DNA of 64,000 bases from Terriglobus sp. (GCA_965199365.1 CBDARC010000003.1:342622-406621); one strand, 5' to 3'. Shown: positions 31,235 through 39,746, counted from the first letter of the stretch. Notes: generated by a model not told the origin, from the sequence alone. Numbers and translations are program-made.

Positions 31235-31672
31235 CTGGCCGCATCGCAACATTCATGGAAGGGACGCCACCTGTGTGCCCTGCTCGGCGTATGCCTGACG
31301 CTGGCCGGATGCGGTCCTGAGCCGGAACCGCCCGCGACCTTTCACCCATCCACACCGGCAGAGGCCGCTGCCCTGACCTACTTCACCGAGAATGTGAGGC
31401 CTGTGCTGCGACAGAACTGCTATCGCTGCCATTTCGGTTTGAACCACAAGAGCAACTTCAACCTGAGCACGCGCGAACTTCTGCTGAAAGGCGGCAGCAA
31501 CGGCGTCGACGTGGTCCCCGGTCAGCCTGAGAACAGCCTGTTAGTGCGGCTGATCCGGCATGAAGGGCACGCCGAACATCCCGGTCCCATGCCGCCAAAA
31601 GGCAAGCTCTCAGATTCGGAGATCGCCTCCATTGAAAAATGGATTGCCGATGGCGCGATCATGGACCGCTAG
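31235..31672 (+). CDS. Planctomycete-type cytochrome c domain lipoprotein; start codon anomalous
   Basis: YFTENVRPVL..NCYRCH, VVPGQPENSLLV, MPP...LS..EI..I.KWI..GA. An in-frame LAGC lipobox lies upstream of the track start (31394), but that frame has no ATG/GTG/TTG there; CTG at 31235 or an out-of-frame ATG at 31255 are the candidates. Confidence 0.75.
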   Translation: MAASQHSWKGRHLCALLGVCLTLAGCGPEPEPPATFHPSTPAEAAALTYFTENVRPVLRQNCYRCHFGLNHKSNFNLSTRELLLKGGSNGVDVVPGQPENSLLVRLIRHEGHAEHPGPMPPKGKLSDSEIASIEKWIADGAIMDR

Positions 31673-31687
31673 ACCGGTCGACTGGCG

Positions 31688-32326
31688 TTACGCCAACTCG
31701 CCCATCGATTCCGTGTCGAGCGCCTGCAGGAATTGTCGAAGCGCGCTGACCCGCGGTTCCGCGAGTTTCTTTCCGTGCTCAGTCCGGATCTTGGAAGGCA
31801 CCGTCTCCAGCACCCGCCTCAACGAGCTGGCCGCATCCGCGAAGGTGATGAAGCGCGTATCCTGCGCGATCTTCGCCACGGTGCGCATCACCGCAACCGC
31901 GCCCAACTGCTCCAGCAGGTCGGCATCACGCACGATGATGCCTTCCGTGGTGGTGGGCTCGCCATGCGCCTCATGGGTCCGGATGACCTCGATCGCAGCA
32001 GCAACCTTTTCGTCCGGAAAGCCGCACTCCCTCAGCAGCGGACCAGCGTGCGCTACGGTATAGTCCGTAGAATTCCAGCGCTTCAACGCCTCAGGCTCTT
32101 TCGGCCGATGGCCCAGGAAGACTCCCAGGTCATGCGCCCAGGCGGCCCCGAACAGCACATCATCATCAGCAGACGGTGCCTCGGCATCGGCTATCTCGCG
32201 TGCCAGCAGGTAGAGCCGTGCCTGGTGCGAGAACTTCTCCGGTGGCTGTGCCTCAACGCGGATACGCTCCACCAGCGCGGCGCGCCAGTGCGATTCACCA
32301 ATCGCGGACGGGGTCGTGCTGCTCAT
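31688..32326 (-). CDS. HD-domain metal-dependent phosphohydrolase
   Basis: H...R.Y, AAWAHDLG, IRTH and VRDADLLEQLGAV motifs. Start set to ATG 32326 because the track ORF extends into the tRNA. Confidence 0.88.
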   Translation of the reverse strand: MSSTTPSAIGESHWRAALVERIRVEAQPPEKFSHQARLYLLAREIADAEAPSADDDVLFGAAWAHDLGVFLGHRPKEPEALKRWNSTDYTVAHAGPLLRECGFPDEKVAAAIEVIRTHEAHGEPTTTEGIIVRDADLLEQLGAVAVMRTVAKIAQDTRFITFADAASSLRRVLETVPSKIRTEHGKKLAEPRVSALRQFLQALDTESMGELA

Positions 32327-32357
32327 TGGGATGCTGCTTCGAAAAGGCTGAAGAATT

Positions 32358-32433
32358 TGGAGCACCGGGTGGGGATCGAACCCACGAATACTGGTTTTGC
32401 AGACCAGCGCGTTAGCCACTTCGCCACCGGTGC
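32358..32433 (-). tRNA. tRNA-Cys(GCA)
   Basis: 76 nt: acceptor GCACCGG/CCGGTGC, anticodon arm CTGGT-CTGCAAA-ACCAG, T arm GTGGG-TTCGATC-CCCAC, U73 discriminator and encoded CCA. Confidence 0.97.
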
Positions 32434-32502
32434 TCGGCCTTCTGCGAGTTACAGAAGGATGGTACTCGACTTACCCCAGATTGAATCAAGGGTCAATCGA
32501 AC

Positions 32503-33159
32503 TTAGCTGGGCTGCGACGTTGTACGCAAGTACGGCTTGACTGTCGTGTAGCCCGGAAACTTCTTTTCCGCATCCTCGTTTGACACGGCTCCGGTGATGA
32601 TCACGTCGCCGCCTGGCTTCCAGTTGGCAGGTGTCGCTACCGGGAACTTTGACGTCAGCAGCATGGAGTCAAGCACGCGAATGATCTCGTCGAAATTACG
32701 GCCCGTGGTCATCGGGTAAGCCAGCGTCAGCTTGATCTTCTTGTCGGGCCCGATGACGAACACGGTGCGGACCGGCGCGTTGTTCGCGGGCGTACGGCCT
32801 TCGGAGGTCTCGCCCGCATCGGCCGGCAGCATGTCGTACAGCTTTGCGACCTTCAGCTCCGAGTCGCCGATCACGGGAAACGTGACATCGGCACCACTCA
32901 CGTCCTTGATGTCCTGCGCCCACTTAGCGTGATCACTGACCTTGTCCACGGACAAGCCGAGCACCTTCACACCGCGCTGCGCAAATTGCTGTTCCAGGCT
33001 GGCGACCGCACCCAGTTCCGTGGTGCAAACAGGGGTGAAGTCCTTTGGATGCGAAAACAGCACGACCCAGCTGTCGCCGATCCAGTCGTGAAAATGAATC
33101 GTGCCCTGGGTGGTCTCAGCGGTGAAGTCCGGTGCGATGTCGTTGATGCGGAGTGACAT
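32503..33159 (-). CDS. 1-Cys peroxiredoxin (Prx6 / LsfA-like)
   Basis: FSHPKDFTPVCTTELG, YPMTTGRNFDEI.R and ATPANW motifs; only one Cys; AGGAG SD before ATG 33159. Confidence 0.95.
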   Translation of the reverse strand: MSLRINDIAPDFTAETTQGTIHFHDWIGDSWVVLFSHPKDFTPVCTTELGAVASLEQQFAQRGVKVLGLSVDKVSDHAKWAQDIKDVSGADVTFPVIGDSELKVAKLYDMLPADAGETSEGRTPANNAPVRTVFVIGPDKKIKLTLAYPMTTGRNFDEIIRVLDSMLLTSKFPVATPANWKPGGDVIITGAVSNEDAEKKFPGYTTVKPYLRTTSQPS

Positions 33160-33196
33160 GTTCAAAATCTCCTGGAGAACGAAAGTAGTTGCCCCG

Positions 33197-33227
33197 AAAA
33201 AGCGAAACCCACCGGGGCGCGGTGGGC
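33197..33227 (-). terminator. Intrinsic terminator (attenuator) in the peroxiredoxin leader
   Basis: Minus-strand RNA GCCCACCG-CGCCC-CGGUGGGU-UUCGCUUUUU: 7-bp stem plus closing G-U and an interrupted U tract, about 40 nt before the prx start. Confidence 0.75.
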
Positions 33228-33261
33228 AGGTGCGGTGCGGTCTGCGAAGTTCTGCGGCGCG

Positions 33262-33330
33262 CTACGACCCTGCCTGGGCACAGCAACAGCAGCGGCAGCA
33301 AAGGGTCGAGATGAAACGCGTCGTCATCAC
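33262..33330 (-). CDS. Cysteine-rich leader peptide (M)MTTRFISTLCCRCCCCAQAGS
   Basis: GTG(33330) ATG(33327) ACG ACG CGT TTC ATC TCG ACC CTT TGC TGC CGC TGC TGT TGC TGT GCC CAG GCA GGG TCG TAG(33262): 6 Cys codons within 7. Confidence 0.85.
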   Translation of the reverse strand: MMTTRFISTLCCRCCCCAQAGS

Positions 33331-33335
33331 CTGCA

Positions 33336-33364
33336 ACAATATGCCGGAGGTCTTCCTATGTCAA
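33336..33364 (-). promoter_or_regulatory. Sigma70-type promoter for the Cys leader / prx unit
   Basis: TTGACA (33364-33359), 17-nt spacer, TATTGT (33341-33336), then 5 nt to GTG 33330. Confidence 0.8.
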
Positions 33365-34269
33365 CGGCACGAAGTGGGAGGCGCACACTGCAATGGGCGC
33401 AGGTGGATGTCTTCGCCGAGCGCGCACTCGAAGGCAACATGCTGGCGATCTTCACCGATGCAGGCAGCCTGAGCGACTCGGAGATGCAGTCACTCGCCCG
33501 TGAAACCAACCTGTCGGAGACCACCTTCATCCTGCCGGGCGACATGGACGAGGAGCGCGAGCACGGGGTGCGGGTCCGCATCTTCACTGTCGAGGAAGAG
33601 TTGCCGTTTGCCGGGCATCCAACGCTGGGCACGGCGAGTTGGCTGTGGGCAAATCATCCCACGCTGCGCGGTTCAGACGAGATCCGCCTCCGCCTGGACG
33701 CAGGCACCATCCCGGTGCGCTTTCGTACGCCTGCCGATGCCGAGGTGGGTGTTTACGCTGAAATGCGGCAGCGCGACCCGGAGTTCGGGCAGGTGCTCGA
33801 TCGGGATTCGATGGCGGCCGCGTGCTCTCTCTCGCCGAACGACCTCCATGCCTCATTGCAGCCGCAGGTCGTCAGCACGGGCCTGCCCTTCTGCATAGTT
33901 CCGCTGCTGTCGCTTGAAGCCCTCGGCAGGCTACGCGTGCAACCCGGGATGAGCGACCTATTGGCGAGCAGTGGAGCGAAGTTCATCTACGCCGTGGTGC
34001 AGACAGATGCGTCGACATGGCGCGCACGCATGCCGTTCCGGGGCAGTGACGACCCCGCCACAGGCTCGGCGGCCGGTTGCGCCATCAGCTACCTGGTGAA
34101 GCATGGCGCCGTGGCGTCGGGCGCTGCGACCGTCATCGACCAGGGCATTGAGGTGAACCGGCCAAGTCGTTTGCACGTGCGGGCCACGGTGCAAAGCGCA
34201 GCCGTGGTGGACGTGTTTGTCGGTGGACGCACCATTCCTGTGGCTAGCGGGCAGTTCATGCTCGTGTAA
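33358..34269 (+). CDS. PhzF family epimerase/isomerase
   Basis: GGAGG SD then ATG 33358; QVDVF....LEGN, MQ..A.E.NLSETTF, RIFT...ELPFAGHPTLG, STGLP, DPATGSA and QG.E..RPS motifs. Confidence 0.92.
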   Translation: MSTARSGRRTLQWAQVDVFAERALEGNMLAIFTDAGSLSDSEMQSLARETNLSETTFILPGDMDEEREHGVRVRIFTVEEELPFAGHPTLGTASWLWANHPTLRGSDEIRLRLDAGTIPVRFRTPADAEVGVYAEMRQRDPEFGQVLDRDSMAAACSLSPNDLHASLQPQVVSTGLPFCIVPLLSLEALGRLRVQPGMSDLLASSGAKFIYAVVQTDASTWRARMPFRGSDDPATGSAAGCAISYLVKHGAVASGAATVIDQGIEVNRPSRLHVRATVQSAAVVDVFVGGRTIPVASGQFMLV

Positions 34270-34566
34270 TGCAGTGGGTGTTCACACCCTTTCCCACAAC
34301 GCAAGTTATTGACCAGCCTTGAGTTGACTGCTGCGGTGGATTAGTGTGCAATCTTTGCACGCACAGTTTCGCTGTTTGTTCTCCATTGCGCGGCGCTCCG
34401 GGGCTTCGTACGTTGGTGGAGCGCTGCACGTCACACGTTTCCGCAGCAATCGCCAGACAGGCCCGCTTCAAACGCCCTATTCATCTTTGCCCTACCGGCA
34501 AGGAACGACCTTTTCTGCGTTTCGCAGAGATTTAAGACCGCCTCAACGATGAGGCAAGTACTACCG

Positions 34567-35025
34567 ATGGAGAACGCCCGCATGCGCCCAAAGAAGATCA
34601 TCCTGTGTGTCGACGACAACGAACAGACGCTCGCAGTTCGCAAGTTCCTGCTGGAAACGCGCGGATACCGCGTGCTGAGCGCAAGCGGCGCGCAGGAGGC
34701 CCTGGAGATCATGGAGCAGTACGCGCCGGGTGAACTTTCGCTTCTGCTGTGCGACCTGCTGATGCCGCAGATGGATGGCGTCGAGCTGGTTCGGCGTGCC
34801 CGCGAGATGCAGCCGGGCCTGCCCTCACTCATGGTCTCGGGCACCGTGGCGGCGTTGGAACGCGGCAGCGGAGCCGATGTGTTCCTGCCCAAGGGCGCGT
34901 GCTCGCCGGTAGAGCTGCTGGAGCGCGTACGCGTGCTGGTGGCACGCAAGCGCGGGCCAAAGAAGGCGGTCGTCGCGGCACGCATGCCGGAGCCGGTCAG
35001 CAGCGTTGCGATCGCCAGGGCCTAG
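34567..35025 (+). CDS. Response regulator receiver protein with basic C-terminal tail
   Basis: ILCVDDN, LLCDLLMPQMDG (phospho-Asp), MVSG and LPK motifs; tail RKRGPKK. Start may be 34549, 34567 or 34582. Confidence 0.88.
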   Translation: MENARMRPKKIILCVDDNEQTLAVRKFLLETRGYRVLSASGAQEALEIMEQYAPGELSLLLCDLLMPQMDGVELVRRAREMQPGLPSLMVSGTVAALERGSGADVFLPKGACSPVELLERVRVLVARKRGPKKAVVAARMPEPVSSVAIARA

Positions 35026-35031
35026 CAGCAG

Positions 35032-37350
35032 CTACGCCTCAACCAGGCCGTAACGCCGCTGCCAGTGCTGCTTCAACTGCGTACGGACGATACCGCGGTC
35101 CTCTTCGGTGACATCGCGCGTACGCAGGTTGGCAAAATCGGACGCTTCACTCTTCGCCAGTTCCAGCAGGCGTCGATCGCGAACCAGGTTCGCCACACGG
35201 AAGTCGGGCAGACCAGCCTGGCGCGTGCCGAAGAACTCACCCGGGCCGCGCTGCTGCAAGTCGAGCTCGGCAAGCTCAAATCCGTTCTGCGTACGCACCA
35301 TGGCGTCCAGCCGCTGCTCTGCCTCGGGCGATACGCGACCGCCCGTCATCAACACGCAGTAGCTCTTGGCAGAGCCGCGTCCCACGCGTCCGCGCAGCTG
35401 ATGCATCTGGGCGAGGCCGAAGCGCTCCGCATGTTCGATCACCATCAGCGATGCATTCGGCACATCCACACCGACTTCGATGACCGTCGTCGAGATCAGC
35501 ACATCGATCTCGCCTCGCTTGAATTGCTGCATGACGATCTCTTTCTCGTCTGAAGGCAGGCGGCCGTGCAGCAAGCCGAGCCGCAGTCCATGCAGCGCGC
35601 CATGGCGAAGCTCTTCATACATGTCGGTTGCCGCACGAAGGTTCGGCTTGGCCGAAGCGAGAAGATCATTTGCCTGCTTGGTCTTCTTCTTCGCAGCGGG
35701 TTTCGCAACCTTCTTCGCTGCGACCTTCGCGCGGGATCGTACGGACGCCGCCGGTTCGCTTGCCGCCTCCAGCTCAGGCACGCTGTCCTTGGGAAAGTCG
35801 AGCTCGGGCTGATCGTCGCTGGCGCCTTCGATCACGGGATACACAACGTACGCCTGCCGCCCCGCCGCGACCTGCTTGCGTACGAACGCCCAGACGTCAG
35901 CAGCTCGCTCTTCACTGGTGCGGCGCGTAACAATGGGCGTTCGACCGGGTGGCAGTTCGTCGATAACGCTCACTTCAAGATCCCCGTAGATAGTCAGCGC
36001 GAGCGTGCGCGGGATAGGCGTTGCCGTCATCACCAGCACGTCCGGATCGCCCGCGTCGGGCTTTTTCATCAGCGTGAAGCGCTGCCGCACGCCGAAGCGA
36101 TGCTGCTCATCGACAATGACCAGTCCGAGGTTGGCGAAGTCGACCTTCTGCTGGATGAGAGCCTGCGTGCCGATGATCAGCTCCGCGTCCCCTCGGGCGA
36201 TGCGGGCGCGGGCGCGGCGCTTCTCTGCATCGTCAAGAGAACCGGTTAACAACGTCACCTTGTACTCGCGCGTCGAGCGCCGCAGCAGCTTGCGCGCTGA
36301 CAGGTAATGCTGCGTTGCAAGAATCTCCGTGGGTGCCATCAGAACGGCCTGGTAACCGCTTTCGATTGCAACCAGCGCCGCCTCGAGCGCGACGATGGTC
36401 TTGCCGCTGCCGACGTCGCCCTGCAGCAGGCGCCGCATGGGCTGCGGCTTGCGCATGTCTTCTACAATCTCGCCGAGCACCCGTTTCTGCGCCGCCGTTG
36501 GACGGAACGGCAACACCTGCTTGATGGCGTCGCGCACGTTCTCATCCGCGGTAAAGGAGATACCCGCACGGTCGCGCAGCCGCTTCCGCTTCAGTTCAAG
36601 ACCGAGTTCGAGATAGAACAGCTCCTCGAAGATCAGCCGCGCATGGGCGGGCGTGGTGAACCCCTGCAGGTCCGCCATCGATGTGCCTGCCGGCGGAAAG
36701 TGTGCCTCACGCAGTGCCTGCAGACGCGGGGGCAGCCCAAGCCGTTTGCGCATTGACAGCGGCACCGGATCCACCATCGGCGCACCGGCCACAAGCTCAT
36801 CCAGCAGACGCCAGACCACCTGCCGCATCCAGCGCGAGCCAAGCTTCGCACCCCACGGCGTTGTGCCGCCGAGCGACTCATACACCGGAACGATGCGGCC
36901 GATCTCAAGCATCGGCGCATCGCCTGGTTCGCCTGCATCGGGCATCAACTCGAACTGCGGCTGGATCATCTTGAACTGGCCGGAAGTTGAACGCGACGGC
37001 TCCAGTTTGCCGTACAACGCGACCATCTGTCCTGGCTTGAACTTGTCCTGCAGGTAGGTACCGCGAAACCACATCGCTTTCAGCGTGCCCAGGCCCTGTC
37101 CGACCGTCATCTCAAAGATCGGCATGGAGCGGGCGCGCAGCATTGTCGTTCCGCGCACCTCACCGATGACCGATGCCATCTCGCCGGCCTTAAGTGCTGA
37201 CAACGGCTTGGGGTCGAGCCGGTCTTCATAACGAAACGGCAGGTGGTACAGCAGGTCTTCGACCGTCTCTACGCCGCGCTTGCGCAGAGCGTCGGCATTG
37301 CGCGGGCCCACGCCCTTGATCAGTTGCACGGGCGTGTTCAAATCCGTCAT
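35032..37350 (-). CDS. recG: ATP-dependent DNA helicase RecG
   Basis: IKGVGP, HLPFRYED, wedge domain, RLLQGDVGSGKT, MAPTEILA.QH, DEQHRFG, TATPIPRTL, TTVIEVGVDVP, QLRGRVGRG and RGPGEFFG.RQ.G motifs. Confidence 0.96.
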   Translation of the reverse strand: MTDLNTPVQLIKGVGPRNADALRKRGVETVEDLLYHLPFRYEDRLDPKPLSALKAGEMASVIGEVRGTTMLRARSMPIFEMTVGQGLGTLKAMWFRGTYLQDKFKPGQMVALYGKLEPSRSTSGQFKMIQPQFELMPDAGEPGDAPMLEIGRIVPVYESLGGTTPWGAKLGSRWMRQVVWRLLDELVAGAPMVDPVPLSMRKRLGLPPRLQALREAHFPPAGTSMADLQGFTTPAHARLIFEELFYLELGLELKRKRLRDRAGISFTADENVRDAIKQVLPFRPTAAQKRVLGEIVEDMRKPQPMRRLLQGDVGSGKTIVALEAALVAIESGYQAVLMAPTEILATQHYLSARKLLRRSTREYKVTLLTGSLDDAEKRRARARIARGDAELIIGTQALIQQKVDFANLGLVIVDEQHRFGVRQRFTLMKKPDAGDPDVLVMTATPIPRTLALTIYGDLEVSVIDELPPGRTPIVTRRTSEERAADVWAFVRKQVAAGRQAYVVYPVIEGASDDQPELDFPKDSVPELEAASEPAASVRSRAKVAAKKVAKPAAKKKTKQANDLLASAKPNLRAATDMYEELRHGALHGLRLGLLHGRLPSDEKEIVMQQFKRGEIDVLISTTVIEVGVDVPNASLMVIEHAERFGLAQMHQLRGRVGRGSAKSYCVLMTGGRVSPEAEQRLDAMVRTQNGFELAELDLQQRGPGEFFGTRQAGLPDFRVANLVRDRRLLELAKSEASDFANLRTRDVTEEDRGIVRTQLKQHWQRRYGLVEA

Positions 37351-37406
37351 GCCAAGGCGATGATAGGGCAAAAACCCAACTGCTATCCTTGCCGTTGAGG
37401 AAGAGC

Positions 37407-37610
37407 ATGCCAGTCATTCATCTGCAGTCCGTAAGCCGCCCCACGAAAGAGCAGAAGGCGCAGATTGTCCGCGAATTTACCGACACCCTGGTGCGAGTGC
37501 TCGGCAGTAACCCGGAAAAGACGCACATCATCATCGATGATGTTTCGAAAGAAAGCTGGGGCAACAACGGGATCCTTGTTGCAGACCGCCCGGCCCCTCC
37601 CGCGAAATGA
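37407..37610 (+). CDS. 4-oxalocrotonate tautomerase family protein
   Basis: GAGG SD, Met-Pro start (catalytic Pro1), T.EQK, and WG..G motif; 67 aa. Confidence 0.88.
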   Translation: MPVIHLQSVSRPTKEQKAQIVREFTDTLVRVLGSNPEKTHIIIDDVSKESWGNNGILVADRPAPPAK

Positions 37611-38524
37611 ACCGCATGCCCACTGTTGAACTGGACAATATCCGCAAGGTGTATGAAAGCAAGGTCGCTGTCGAGGGCCTGTCGCTGCGCATTGAGCCCG
37701 GCACGATGTTCGGCCTGCTGGGACCGAATGGTTCGGGCAAGACTTCCTCCATCCGCATGATGATCGGCATCACCGTGCCGGACGCAGGCACAGTGAAGCT
37801 GTTCGGCAAACCATTTGGTCGCGACAGCCTCAAGCGGGTTGGCTACCTGCCTGAAGAACGCGGCCTGTACAAGAAGATGAACGTGCTGGAGCAGATCAGC
37901 TTTATGGGTCAGTTGCGCGGCCTGAACGCAGCCGAGGCCGAAAAGCGAGGCCGTGCGTGGGCCGATCGCCTGCAGATCACCGAGGCTTTACCCAAGAAGA
38001 CTGAAGAGCTTTCCAAGGGCATGCAGCAGAAGATCCAGTTCATCACGGCGCTGCTGCACGACCCCGAACTGATCATCATGGACGAGCCGTTCAGCGGCCT
38101 TGACCCCGTCAACGGCGCCCTGCTGCAGGACACACTGCTGGAGCTGCGCGCGGCCGGCAAGGCCATCCTGTTCTCAACCCACCGCATGGACCAGGTGGAG
38201 AAAATGTGCGACGAGATCTCGCTCATCCACCGAGGCAAGGTAGTGCTTGAGGGCAGCATGCGGGAGGTGAAGAGCGAGTACCCCCGCAACCGCGTGGACG
38301 TGGTCTTCCAGGGCGACAGCAGCTTTCTGCAGAACCCTGTCGTGGAAGAATTCAAGGAGTACGGCGGCGGTGCCAATGTGAAGCTGCGCGGCACGCATCC
38401 AGACGCGCAGCCGCTGCTGGCCGATGCCGTCGCGCGCGGCACGCGCATCACGCGGTTCGAAGTGAAAGAGCCTACGCTGGAAGAGATCTTTATCGAGCGT
38501 GTAGGAGGTAACGTCGATGCGTAA
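37607..38524 (+). CDS. ABC transporter ATP-binding protein (NatA/YhaQ-like)
   Basis: GPNGSGKT, GYLPEERGLY, LSKGMQQK, IMDEPFSGLDP and STH motifs; C-terminal EPTLEEIF. Confidence 0.93.
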   Translation: MNRMPTVELDNIRKVYESKVAVEGLSLRIEPGTMFGLLGPNGSGKTSSIRMMIGITVPDAGTVKLFGKPFGRDSLKRVGYLPEERGLYKKMNVLEQISFMGQLRGLNAAEAEKRGRAWADRLQITEALPKKTEELSKGMQQKIQFITALLHDPELIIMDEPFSGLDPVNGALLQDTLLELRAAGKAILFSTHRMDQVEKMCDEISLIHRGKVVLEGSMREVKSEYPRNRVDVVFQGDSSFLQNPVVEEFKEYGGGANVKLRGTHPDAQPLLADAVARGTRITRFEVKEPTLEEIFIERVGGNVDA

Positions 38525-39746
38525 TGTCTGGCTGATCGCACGCCGCGAGTATCTGGAGCGCGTTCGCACCAAGGGCTTTCTCATTGCAACGATCCTGATT
38601 CCGCTGCTGATGAGCGGCGGCATCGCCGCTTCGATCCTCATCGCAAAGCACTCCAAGTCAACTGCCCACATCGTCATCGTGACGCCGGACATGCAGCTTG
38701 GCACCGATCTGGAAGCACAGCTGAACAGCGACACAAATCACGAGATGCAGGTGAACCTGATCTCGCCGCCAAGCGCCAATACGCTGCCCGGGCTGAATGG
38801 CTCCATCAAGTCGAAGGCGATCGATGGCTACGTCTGGCTGACGCCGGTGAAGGGCTCGCGCCCGCAGATCACGTACAGGCTGGGGTCATCGGCAGACATG
38901 GCGACGCGCGACACCGTTCGCGACTCGCTTGAGAAGGTGCTGACCCGCGAGCGGCTGGTGCAGCAGGGCATGAGCGCAGTCGACGTTGACGCGATGATGA
39001 AGCCGGTCGAGATGAGCGCGAGCGACACTGAACAGGACAACACCTCCGCCAACTTCGCGGGCGCATACGTACTCTTCTTCCTGATGTATCTCGTCATCAT
39101 GCTCTACGGCATGAACGTCGCCCGCTCCATCATCGAAGAGAAGACCTCGCGCGTTTTTGAGGTGATGCTGGCCACGGTGAAGCCCTCGGAAATGATGGCA
39201 GGCAAGGTTATCGGTGTCGGGTCCGTCGGCCTGACGCAGGTGACCATCTGGATGCTTGCGGCGATCGTGCTGACCGCAACACCGCTGATGGCGCATTTCC
39301 TCGGCAGCGGAACGCACATCACGCTTTCCGTGCAGCAGGTGTGCTTCTTCATCGTTTATTTCCTGCTTGGATACCTGCTGTATTCGTCGATGGCAGCAGC
39401 ACTGGGAGCCATGACTAACTCAGAGCAGGAACTGCAGCAGTTGAACATGTTTCTGGTAATGCCGCTGGCGTTCTGCATGATCACACTGCCGCTGGTGCTC
39501 AACTCACCGGCAAGCATCTACGCTCGCTTGCTGTCGTTCATCCCGTTCTGCACGCCGCTGCTGATGTACATGCGCATCTCCGTCTCACCGGTGCCCTGGT
39601 ACGAGATTGCAGGATCCATCGCCGTGATGATCGTGACAATCTATGCCGTGTTGTGGATCAGCAGCCGCATCTATCGCGTGGGCATCCTGATGTACGGCAA
39701 ACGGCCCACGCTGCCGGAGATCACGCGGTGGTTGAAGTACTCCTAA
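38517..39746 (+). CDS. ABC-2 type permease (NatB/YhaP-like)
   Basis: IARREY..RVR.K.F, EEKTSRVFEVML and GKVIG motifs; multiple TMs; YR.GILMYG; overlaps the ATPase gene. Confidence 0.92.
   Translation: MRNVWLIARREYLERVRTKGFLIATILIPLLMSGGIAASILIAKHSKSTAHIVIVTPDMQLGTDLEAQLNSDTNHEMQVNLISPPSANTLPGLNGSIKSKAIDGYVWLTPVKGSRPQITYRLGSSADMATRDTVRDSLEKVLTRERLVQQGMSAVDVDAMMKPVEMSASDTEQDNTSANFAGAYVLFFLMYLVIMLYGMNVARSIIEEKTSRVFEVMLATVKPSEMMAGKVIGVGSVGLTQVTIWMLAAIVLTATPLMAHFLGSGTHITLSVQQVCFFIVYFLLGYLLYSSMAAALGAMTNSEQELQQLNMFLVMPLAFCMITLPLVLNSPASIYARLLSFIPFCTPLLMYMRISVSPVPWYEIAGSIAVMIVTIYAVLWISSRIYRVGILMYGKRPTLPEITRWLKYS

Noticed and set aside
31688-32360. Integrative element at the tRNA-Cys 3' end
   Set aside because: No integrase, no duplicated tRNA 3' end noticed and no composition shift.
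32327-32419. N-terminal extension of the HD ORF
   Set aside because: It runs through the tRNA-Cys gene; the true start is ATG 32326.
33235-33357. Extended start of the PhzF-like ORF
   Set aside because: GGAGG SD and family alignment point to ATG 33358; the extension overlaps the attenuator.
33101-33472. Plus-strand ORF with a poly-Gln stretch (QQQQRQQR)
   Set aside because: The Gln run is simply the reverse-complement reading of the Cys codons of the minus-strand leader.
34270-34548. DnaA-box-like words and the GTGCAA-TCT-TTGCAC palindrome upstream of the response regulator
   Set aside because: Boxes carry 1-2 mismatches and are not clustered, and there is no AT-rich unwinding element. The palindrome alone is insufficient to call an ncRNA or origin.
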